In this document: one piece after another, positions 32,101-40,830 of the stretch
How positions within the stretch are numbered: the first letter of the stretch is position 1
Layout: each line of letters opens with the position of its first letter
Source of the DNA: an uncultured bacterium
GTDB taxonomy: Bacteria > Verrucomicrobiota > Verrucomicrobiia > Limisphaerales > UBA8199
Direction of reading: 5' to 3'
Length of the DNA stretch: 64,000 nt
NCBI GenBank assembly: GCA_963749495.1
Contig: CAVVMW010000008.1
Span: forward strand, 256,001-320,000
Made by a program: the position numbers and the translations under genes
The notes under the pieces: generated by a model
The model's input: only the letters and a program-made list of their open reading frames with translations
What the model was told of the DNA's origin: nothing
Databases searched by the model: none

Positions 32101-33229
32101 CTACACTCTGCATTCAGAAGACCTCCGCGACTGGACGGGCAGCAGCACCTTGATTGAGGCCTGCCCGGAATATGTGGGAGATTACCTCAGGGGCAACGAA
32201 CGAGAGCAGCCCTACGCCGGGTGGCACTGGGGCAACCGCGGCGGGGTGAGCAGCGCTGCCATCGAGAAGCCCCACCGCAGCGGCTGGCGTCCCCTCCTGG
32301 AGTGCGAATTCGACTTGGCCTACACGCCGCTCATGGAGCTGGACTACGGCCAAGGCCGGCTGATCGTTTGCACCCTGGACCTCGAAGACCACCTGGTCCA
32401 GGATCCGGCGGCGAGGCGCATGGCCGGGCGCATCATGGATTACGCGCTCCAGTCCCCGCTCTCTCCACAGGTGAGCAAGGTCGTATATCTCGGCGGCGCA
32501 GCGGGCACGGCATGGCTCGACAAGATTGGAGTGAGTTATCAGCCGTCGGCCACGCTGGACACTGGCGCCGGGCTGCTGCTCATCGGCCCGGATGCTACCC
32601 TCGACACGACGGCGCTCACCGCCTGCCTGGAAAAAGGCGGCAAGGCGTTCTTTCTGCCGCGCTCACAGGCAGACGGCTGGCTCGGCGCCACATTCAAGCT
32701 GGCTGCAGCCCGTTTCGCCGGGTCGCTTTCGGTGCCCGAGTGGCCCGAAGCCAGAGGCCTCAGCGCATCCGATCTTCGCTGGCGCTGTTACCTGGACACT
32801 CCCCCCTGGGTCCTGAGCGCAGGCGTGGAGGTCGGGGCGGACGGCCTGATTGGCCGCAAAATCGTAGGAAAGGGCGTGGCTGTCTTCTGCCAGGTGGACC
32901 CGGATTGTTTCCACGCGGACGAGAAGACCTATTTCCGCTACACGCGCTGGCGGGCCACCCGCGCCGTCGCCCAATTGCTGGCCAACCTGGGTGCCAGTTT
33001 CCCTGTGGACAGCCGGATATTCCATCCCCTCGAATTTGCGGGCAAACCGGGCTTCTCAGTGGCCCCGAACGGCGATCGGTCGGGGCCTCAAGCCACGGGC
33101 CCGCGAGTTGGCTTGGAAATGTCTCTGAGTCCCAAGCCGGAGGCTCGCCAGTCCCTCGGGTATTATTGCCCCGATTATCGCACCGATTTCCCTATGGGAG
33201 ATAATCCCTACCGCTACTATCGGTGGTAG
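29161..33229 (+). CDS. Large GH2-like (beta-galactosidase-fold) secreted protein; +1 indel near 30428
   Basis: SLDGIWHF, KVPGSW, WYERQV.IP, P.LWD...PNLY, then FGFREFWIEGRQFYLNG, RNHPSVVMW, EFG; ORFs 28795..30636 and 30419..33229 join at gagtac(c)aaccag. Confidence 0.75.
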
Positions 33230-33236
33230 GCGAAGT

Positions 33237-33494
33237 ATGCTCATCATCTCGATTTGGGCAGGGGGGGCGGGGGCGGGGGCGATGGCGGTTGCCAGGGTGT
33301 CGCGTAGGCTCAAGGCTCAAGGCTCAAGGCTCAAGGCTAAAGGGCCTTGGCGACAACGGCGGCCAGGGTGTCGCGCCAGCGGCAGAGCGCCGCAGGGTCG
33401 TGTGTGAACTCGGTCTTGCTGTTGAGCACCTCGGCGGGGACCTCCAGGCAGGCTTTGGCTTGCCCGAGCCAATCGGCCTGGGCGGAGCGCAAGT
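33237..33494 (-). repeat. Diverged duplicate of the 3' end of gene 40831..42858, interrupted by (GGCTCAA)n
   Basis: Aligns in direct orientation to 40824-41009; encodes the same DWLGQAKACLEVPAEVL.SKTEFTHDPAAL..WRDTLAA peptide. Confidence 0.9.
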
Positions 33495-33994
33495 GTCCGC
33501 CCCCACAACGCCACGAGGGACACCACAGCAACCCAACCCTGGTTCGCTCGACATCTGAATCAAAATGGACCAGGCAAGCGCTTGCCCCCTTTTTCTTTTT
33601 GATGTGACCCCTCTTTGATGACCCCTTCTTGAGCTCGCTGGCGGCCAGTAGCCCAACGGCGGGGGACAAGCGCGCCATGGGTCAGGGTGGTCGCTCGCAA
33701 TCCCGCGTGTTGGTTCCAAGCCCGGCGTGCCTCGAGCCTCCAGCGGCAGGGTATGGTGTCGTCCACTCGGCTCGTGCCACGTTTGCTTCTTAATGCCCCA
33801 CCGATTCATTGACCCTGCGCGGCCGAGTACGATGTATTCAGTTCCACGGTTTTTTTACTTTTGTCCTGCCCTGATCCTGGGACCTGTTTAAGCTCGGGCG
33901 CGGGCCAGGAAACTGCCGGTCCGGGCGGAAATTTGAGTAAGCTCCGAACAGGTTGGATGTCCGAAGCTTGGAATCTCTCGCCGAAGGTTCTGAA

Positions 33995-35515
33995 CTACTT
34001 CCTTTCCGGAGCGCTCCCCCCCTCGCCAAGCAGTGCGCTCATACCATAAAGGCTCCGGACGCCTCGCGACCCCTGCCGCAGAAGCCCTCCTGTTACAGGC
34101 TGATGCCCGGTCTTTTCGGCTCGGGCAAAGCGGACCGGAGAACCGTCTTGGCGCAGGGATTTTGAGGCAGCCTCGAGTATTTCCACAACCTCCATGCCCA
34201 ACCGCCCACCCGTGAGAGGACGGGTGCCATCGCGAATACAATCTAGGAAGTGCTCGCATTGCATTTTCGCTGGTTCAGCGTTTTTGATGTAGGGCGCGTA
34301 CATGTCGCCGTAATGATAGGCGTACTGGAACTCGGCGAAGGTGTCGTAGTGCGGCGGGCGCTCGACGCGGGCGTCAAAGATGCGGATCTTTTCGAGCGTC
34401 GAGACGTCGTCGTAAACGATCATTCGCCTGCTGCCGACAATCGTCATCTCGCGCACTTTCTTCGGGTCCAGCCAGCTACTGTGAACGATAGCCTCGCGGC
34501 TCTTGCTAAACGCCAGCCGCATGGCCGTCACATCCTCGATGCCCGGCGTGACGTGGGCGCCGCCGGTGCAATGGACACTCAGGGGCGATTCGCCAACAAT
34601 GTGTAGGATTATCGACAGGTCGTGCGGGGCGAGGTCCCAGGCAACATTGAAATCCTTTTGAAAGAGCCCCAGGTTCAACCGACGGGCGCACATGTAGCGC
34701 AGTTCCCCCAGGTCCCCCCAATCCAAGATCTCCTTGATCTTTCGCACGGCAGGAGAATAGAGAAAGGTATGTCCGACCATCAGCACAAGCCCTCTCCCTT
34801 CTGCGATATCTATTAATTCCCGACATTCTTCGGTAGAAGTGGCCATGGGCTTCTCGATGAACGTATGCTTGCCAGCCATTAAGCTCGCCTTCGCCATAGG
34901 GTAATGAAGCCGCAAGCCGGTTGCAACGACGACCGCGTCAAGAGGTTCCCGAGCCAACATGCGTTCAAAGTCCGTTTCGCATTCGACTTCAGGATACCGT
35001 TTCTTCAGGTGCAACAACCGTTCTCCGCTGCTATCGCAAATTACAGTGAGAGTGCAACCGTCAATCTCCGCGAAGTTCCTCACAAGGACCGGCCCCCAAT
35101 ATCCGCACCCCACCACCCCCAGCCTGACGTTTCCCAGCCTGACGTTTCGCGTTTTGCCTCTCTTGGGCGGCCGATCTACGATAGGGAGTCCGGATCCACC
35201 GGCAGCGTTCTTTGGTCGGCGTCTCTTGGAAGGCTGCTTTGCAGTCGGTGAGAACGAGACGTCAGCTCTGGTCAGATCGCGAACTGCTCGCTCGCCAAAA
35301 GTCGTAAGCACCAGGAGGTCCTGATCAGAGCGCAAGAGGTTATTCTGTATCAAACCGTCAAGCGCCGTGCGAGTCTGCAACTCCGGACCGAAATGCCGCT
35401 CGAAATCCTGCTCAGTGCGGCAGAGCCCAGTTGCAACCGACCACAGAACAAACAATTGACGCGGGTCGGCTCTGGCTTCGCCAATAATCCAGTCAACTCT
35501 ATCAAATCGACTCAC
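33995..35515 (-). CDS. Gfo/Idh/MocA oxidoreductase fused to an N-terminal winged-helix-like domain
   Basis: ~125-aa extension (LDGLIQNNLL...LVLTTFG) plus basic linker, then GVVGCGYWG, FIEKP, MVGHTF.YSPAV, WDLAPHD. Confidence 0.8.
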   Translation of the reverse strand: MSRFDRVDWIIGEARADPRQLFVLWSVATGLCRTEQDFERHFGPELQTRTALDGLIQNNLLRSDQDLLVLTTFGERAVRDLTRADVSFSPTAKQPSKRRRPKNAAGGSGLPIVDRPPKRGKTRNVRLGNVRLGVVGCGYWGPVLVRNFAEIDGCTLTVICDSSGERLLHLKKRYPEVECETDFERMLAREPLDAVVVATGLRLHYPMAKASLMAGKHTFIEKPMATSTEECRELIDIAEGRGLVLMVGHTFLYSPAVRKIKEILDWGDLGELRYMCARRLNLGLFQKDFNVAWDLAPHDLSIILHIVGESPLSVHCTGGAHVTPGIEDVTAMRLAFSKSREAIVHSSWLDPKKVREMTIVGSRRMIVYDDVSTLEKIRIFDARVERPPHYDTFAEFQYAYHYGDMYAPYIKNAEPAKMQCEHFLDCIRDGTRPLTGGRLGMEVVEILEAASKSLRQDGSPVRFARAEKTGHQPVTGGLLRQGSRGVRSLYGMSALLGEGGSAPERK

Positions 35516-35872
35516 GTCCTTCCCTCCTATACATGTATTTTATTTGCCGGCGTGCCTCGGCCCTTTTAATGGCAGCCGACGCCAGATTGCATTCGATGAG
35601 GTCATTTTCCTCATACCAGTAAACTCCTCCGCAAGCGTCCTGAAGCAACCTCAGGACCCCAGATGCGCTGTAGCCGTCTTTGTACTTTTTCGGTACAAGC
35701 ACAAAGACCTTATCGATCACGTCTGGATGGTTGCCGAAGTCATGGGCCTCACCGAGCGCGCCTGGAGAGTCTTCCAACAGTATAAGGACGAGATCAACTG
35801 CTTTGGCCTGCGCGAACTCAATTGTTTTCTGGGCCAACATCCCTTTGGAGCCACTTGGGATATCTTCGCTAA

Positions 35873-37762
35873 GGGTTCAAGCAAAAATAAGTTGCGCCTT
35901 AAAGGCGGCGTAAGCACAATATCCAGAGGCGCACTTTCGCCGCTGAGGGTGGCGTAATCCCTCAAAACGCACTGTAAACACAGGGCCAATCACGCTCCCA
36001 CTCACCCAGCGCATTCCTTTGCAAAATGTGAATATGACGCTGGACACGGGCTCAAAAAGCGTCATATTCACATTATGAACGTCATTCGCTACCCCAGCGA
36101 CAGATTGGCCACGCTCCTGCGGGACCAAAAAGTCGCCACCATGCCCCAACTCAAAAGCGCCTTGGGCACCTCCGTCACCTTCACCGTCTTGCGCAAGTTG
36201 GCGTCCTTGGGATACCGCAGCAGCTACTCCCACAGCGGCACCTATTTTACGCTCGACTCCATCGCGCAATACGATGAACGAGGGCTGTGGTCCTATCACG
36301 GCATTCACTTTTCGCGGCACGGCACCTTGTTGAACACCGCGGCCACCCTGGTGACCAACGCGCCCGCCGGTTACTTCACCGACGAATTGGACGCGGTGGT
36401 GCAGGTGCCCACCAAGGATGCGTTGCGGCACTTGGTCCAACAGGATCGGCTCTACCGCGGGGAACTGGCGGGCCGCTACCTGTATTGCGCCCAGGAACGT
36501 CGGCGACGTCAGGAGCAATGGGCGGTGCGACAGGCGCAGCAACAGCCGGAGGACGATTTGCAGGCAGCCATTGTGCTCTTTTATAGTTTGCTGGACGAAC
36601 AGCAGCGGCGGCTTTACGCCGGGCTGGAGAGCTTGGAATGGGGTCATGGCGGGGATCAACGGATGGCCCAGTTGTTCGGGCTGGATGTGGACACCATTGC
36701 GCGGGGCCGGGTGGAGCTGCTGAGCGGCCAGGTGCTCCGAGAACGGGTGCGTCGGGCCGGTGCGGGGCGGCCGCGGGTCGAAAAAAAACACCCGAGATCC
36801 TGAGCCAACTGCGGCGGTTGCTGCGCGAGGACACCGCCGGCGATCCGACGGGACGGCGGGGCCTGTGGACCGGCCAGCATCTGGAGGACATCAGCGGTCA
36901 TTTGCAGCAGTTGGGCTTGTCGGTCTGTCCCAACACCGTGCGGCGGTTGCTGGGCGAGTTGGACTACGCCCTCCACGCCAACCGCAAGAGTCTGTCAGGT
37001 CCGCAGAGTCCGCACCGCGACTGCCAATTTCAATACATCCGCTACCAACGTGAGCAGTTCACCCACCAGGGGCTGCCCATCGTCAGTGTGGACACCAAGA
37101 AGAAGGAGTTGGTGGGTCGGTTCAAGAATCCTGGCCGGATATGGAGTCGGGAGCCGCTGCTGGTCAACGACCACGATTTTCCTTCGCTGGCCAGCGGCGT
37201 CGCCATTCCCCGCGGCCTCTATGATCTGCAGGCCAATCGGGGCTCAGTTTTGGTGGGCACTTCCCACGACACGCCGGAGTTCGCGGTCGATGCCATGGTT
37301 GACTGGTGGCGTGGCGAGGGGCGGCGACGTTATCCCCAGGCCGCGGAGTTGCTCATCCTGGCCGACAGCGGTGGCAGCAACGGCGCGCGCTGCCGGCTGT
37401 GGAAATACGCCCTGCAAGAAAAGTTGGTCGATCCTTACGCGCTGACAGTGACCGTCTGTCACTATCCCACTGGCGCCTCCAAGTGGAACCCGATCGAGCA
37501 CCGGGTCTTCAGCGAAGTGAGCAAGCACTGCGCGGGCCAGCCCTTCACCGATTATGCCACCATTGTGCGTCTGATTGGCGGAACGCGAACCCGGACCGGG
37601 TTGCGTGTCAAGTGCGCCTTGAGCGCCACACGCTACGCCACGAAGATCAAAGTCTCCGATAAGGCAATGGGCAGTCTGGACCTACTCGAACACAACGTTT
37701 TGCCCGAATGGAATTACACGCTCTTCCCGAGATTAAATCGGAATTAATTTTTGCACGGGCGC
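35873..37762 (+). mobile_element. ISAzo13-family insertion sequence, apparently complete
   Basis: Imperfect terminal inverted repeats (GGGTTCAAGCAAAAATAAG / rc GCGCCCGTGCAAAAATTAA), TAA duplicated at 35870-72 and 37763-65. Confidence 0.9.
36075..37747 (+). CDS. ISAzo13 family transposase (orfA/orfB joined by -1 slip at A8, 36781-36788)
   Basis: LDEQQRRLYAG, AGRPRVEKK; SVDTKKKELVG.FKN, DHDF, SHDTPEFA, ADSGGSNG, YPTGASKWNPIEHR. Confidence 0.9.
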
Positions 37763-38339
37763 TAAGCATGGAATTGAACCCGAGGTCGAGCAAACGGTGA
37801 TGGATCTCTTTCCGTTTTTGGGCGACTGCTGTCGGCCTGTCCACGGAAGGTCCCCAAACCAGGACACTCAGGGAGGTCTTTGCTATTTTGGCCTGAAAGC
37901 TTTTATAAAGGCGTTCAAAGCGGTGTCTTTCTTTTTTCGCCTCGTGGGTCAGACCCTGGGCCAAACTGAATGATGGGGCCATAGATTCCGATAATTGCGA
38001 TCGCACTGGACAATCACTCAACTGATTGGGACTTGCTTCTTCGCGCCCCGCGGATTCATTCGCGGTGCGCGGCCGAGGGAACATTGCTGCTGGCTCCCGC
38101 CCATTGTGGCCAGATGCTACCCGACGGGGAGCACCGATGTCAAGCGGCAAGTTCCGCCGGTTTTGGGCCGGGTCGAACCGAGCGCGGAGCAAACCTGCTT
38201 CCAGGTGGCCGCAGTATCCGGAAACCGGCCGACGCCGCAACCCTGTGATCGCGGAGTGGCCGGTGCAAGCTGGTCAATGCGGCCGACAACCAAGACAAAG
38301 AAAAAGGGGGCAAGCCTTTACAGGGTTTATTTCTTGGCC

Positions 38340-38646
38340 TCTCCCGGGATCTCCTGGTAGTTTTTCATTGGCCGATCTTGTGGTCATGGCGCTGGATCCG
38401 CTTGTTTCCTCAGCAAAAGAGCGATCACGCGCCGTCTATTCGCGTGGGCTGGCGAGCGGCGGGGCCGAGCGTTCGAGCCCCTCGCTCGCGGCCCCGCCGG
38501 TCGCCACGCGTAACGGACTCGCCCAGCCCACGCGAATAGGCGCGCCCCAGGGCTCCCCAGGGGCTTCGGTCTCAAACCTTCGGAGCACCCGACGCGCAGG
38601 GATGTCGTTTTCAGCCAACAAAATACTGCCAGAAGATCCCGGGAGA
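38340..38646. other. ~300-bp non-coding element with nested inverted repeats
   Basis: 17/18-bp outer IR (CCAG.AGATCCCGGGAGA) and ~20-bp inner IR (CTATTCGCGTGGGCTGG). Confidence 0.55.
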
Positions 38647-38810
38647 ACCATTTCTTGACAGGCTATGCGCGGTTTGGGAAGAGTCTTGCCCTGCCTCGCC
38701 AATTGCGCGTCCAATAGCTCGGTGCGATGTAACACATCATGAGCCGCCGAGGCCGGCGCCAGAGATCCGGGACGATGTTGACGGGCAGGATTTCCTTAGA
38801 GCGGCTTGCA

Positions 38811-38898
38811 GAATTAACCGCAAAGAACGCAGAGATCGCAGAGAAACACATTAATGCCTTCCGATCTCTGTGTTCTTTGGGTTCTTTGCGGTTAATTC
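38811..38898. repeat. Nonamer-unit hairpin (GAATTAACCGCAAAGAAC ... GTTCTTTGCGGTTAATTC)
   Basis: 18-bp perfect terminal IR enclosing degenerate 9-bp units. Confidence 0.8.
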
Positions 38899-38959
38899 TG
38901 CCAGCGGCTCTTAGGGTTCGTGCACGAGTTAATTCCGGTTTACTTCTCCGCAGGCTGGG

Positions 38960-39242
38960 CCAGAGCGCGGGAATGCCGCGCACTCCAGACGCTTCGCGAT
39001 GTCGGCCGCGCGTCCGTGCCTCGCGAAGCGTTTGGAGTGCGGCGTATCCCGCCGCTCTCGTGTTGCCGGCGAGCGCGAGGGTTTCGACCTGGCATCCTGG
39101 CTGCGCCGCGGGCGCCGGAGCCGGTTGCAGCGAGCGCCATCGCGCTTTCCGAATTGTGGATTGGTGGGCGCAGGACAGAATTCTTCGCTGCCGCCTAAAG
39201 GCGGCGTTCCGCAGCCAACCGGAACGCCGCCTTTAGGCGGCA
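38960..39242. repeat. Two REP-like inverted pairs
   Basis: gcactccagacgcttcgcg / cgcgaagcgtttggagtgc and gccgcctaaaggcggcgttcc / ggaacgccgcctttaggcggc. Confidence 0.75.
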
Positions 39243-39326
39243 GGATGGGCGCTCGAAGAAATCGGTCGTGCGCCCGTGGATTGGCGTCGAGCTGGAATCC
39301 GCTTGATATGGGCCGACATTCCTGCA

Positions 39327-39344
39327 AATATGGGTTGCCATATT
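39327..39344. promoter_or_regulatory. Palindromic operator upstream of vapB-like gene
   Basis: AATATGG-N4-CCATATT immediately before ATG 39345. Confidence 0.6.
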
Positions 39345-39590
39345 ATGAAAACGGCCATTGAAATAGCCGACGATCTTTTTGAGCGCGCCCAACGCGTTGC
39401 CCGAGAGGAGAAGACTACTTTTCGCTCCCTCGCGGAGCAAGGCTTGCGGCTGGTGTTGCGGCAAAAGCAGGAGAAGGCCAGGAAACTCCCGCCGCTGGTC
39501 ACGGTGCGTGGCCGCGGCTTGACCGACGAGTTCAAGAACGCCTCCTGGGAGAGAGTGCGGGATGAAATCTACCGGGAACGCGGCGCATGA
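39345..39590 (+). CDS. vapB: VapB-like antitoxin (RHH type)
   Basis: MKTAIEIADDLFERAQRVAREEKTTFRSLAEQGLR; ATGA overlap with PIN gene. Confidence 0.8.
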   Translation: MKTAIEIADDLFERAQRVAREEKTTFRSLAEQGLRLVLRQKQEKARKLPPLVTVRGRGLTDEFKNASWERVRDEIYRERGA

Positions 39591-39757
39591 TTGCGGCGGA
39601 CACCAACCTGCTGGTTTACGCGCACCGCGAAGACAGCGAGTTTCACGCGGCGGCGAAAGAATCTCTTGATTGGCTGCGGTATCGGCCTTCGGCATGGGCT
39701 GTTCCGTGGCCGTGCATCCACGAGTTTATCAGCATCGCCACCCATCCCCGCATTTAG
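39587..39757 (+). pseudogene. vapC: Truncated VapC PIN-domain toxin (56 aa)
   Basis: MIAADTNLLVYAHREDSEFH...PWPCIHEFISIATHPRI then stop. Confidence 0.85.
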
Positions 39758-39840
39758 GGTTAATGGTTGGGGCGGCGAGATTTGAACTCACGACCTTCTG
39801 AACCCCATTCAGAGAAAAATAACGGCCTGCAGGCCACTTA

Positions 39841-40210
39841 GGGCTTGTGCAAAAATAAAGGCCGAGATTGAGGCGCGATTCTAACATTTCGAAACTCCGA
39901 TTGGCTTTAGACCCAGGTTCATAAGTAACCGGACGTGCCTTGCTCACTTGCTTCTCATCCCGGAGGGATGGCTGAGAATAGCCCAACGCTTCAGCGTTGG
40001 GTGGTGGGGCCGAGGCCGTCAAGTCCCGAAGGGACGGCTGAAATGTCGGGCCGCTCAGCCGTCCCTTCGGGACTGGACCCTTTTGGGGCACGCCAACCCA
40101 ATGCTAAAGCATTGGGCTATTCTCATGTGTCCCTCCGGGACAGCGATCCATCGGGACGCTTTGGCTGTGGGCGCCCACGGGGAAATCGGAATTAATTCTT
40201 GCACGGACTC
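39841..40210. mobile_element. Non-autonomous ISAzo13-type MITE containing a REP-like cluster
   Basis: Ends GGGCTTGTGCAAAAATAA and rc GAGTCCGTGCAAGAATTAATTCCG resemble the ISAzo13 IRs; TTA on both sides; no transposase. Confidence 0.7.
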
Positions 40211-40276
40211 TTAGCTGAAAATCTTGGTTCTTAACTCTCTTCTATACAACGGCTTACAGAAAACTGCATCTGGGTA

Positions 40277-40303
40277 TTGACAAAAAGGTATCACGTGATA
40301 CCT
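40277..40303 (+). promoter_or_regulatory. Promoter -35 (TTGACA) followed by perfect 18-bp palindromic operator
   Basis: TTGACA at 40277-82; AGGTATCACGTGATACCT at 40286-40303; ATG at 40311. Confidence 0.75.
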
Positions 40304-40310
40304 CCTCACT

Positions 40311-40782
40311 ATGAAGAATTTCAAAGACAGATTAGAGCGCATCGAAGTCGAGGAACCGCTCCACATCCCGACCATTGACGGGACTGGCATCGCTGAAACC
40401 CATCAAGGTCAAAGTGCCGGCCTGGCGCGATCCGAAAGACGGCGAGGTCTATCTCGACACAGAAGCCACCGCGCTCCTCGACAAAGCCAAGGCCCGCTAC
40501 ATGGGCCTTCTCACCCCTGAACAAATCAGGGCACTCCGCGAGCGGCTGGGGCTCACCCAAAAGCAAATCTCCGAACTCCTCCAGATCGGCGACAAAACCT
40601 GGACCCGCTGGGAGACAGGTCGGGAGCGCCCCTTCCGCTCCATAAACGTTCTCCTCTACGCACTGAGCGACGGCAAGATTGACCTCACCTACCTACGCTC
40701 GCTCGCGCAACGCCGCAACGACTGGGGCAGGGCCATTATTTCAATTCCGCGCCGGTCCGCGGGCGCCACGTCACCGGCGTGA
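40311..40782 (+). CDS. MqsA/HigA-like XRE-HTH regulator or antitoxin; +1 indel near 40399
   Basis: MKNF...GIAET joins IKVKVPAWRDPKDGEVYL...GLLTPEQIRALRERLGLTQKQISELLQIGDKTWTRWETG. Confidence 0.75.
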
Positions 40783-40830
40783 CCATCCTGGGACCGGGCG
40801 CATTGACATCGTGCGGACCAAACATGCTCA

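Larger units (their letters stand above)
35502..37982 (-). pseudogene. Nucleoside 2-deoxyribosyltransferase (NDT)-like gene interrupted by ISAzo13
   Basis: Removing 35873-37762 and one TAA joins 37763..37982 to 35502..35869 as one 195-aa ORF: VLVWGP...FNSMLSED...E..QAKAVDLVLILLEDSPGALGE. Confidence 0.7.

Noticed and set aside
33995..38646. Retron or diversity-generating retroelement
   Set aside because: NDT-like effector and a structured non-coding region are present, but no reverse transcriptase motif (YxDD) gene and no adenine-specific TR/VR pair were found.
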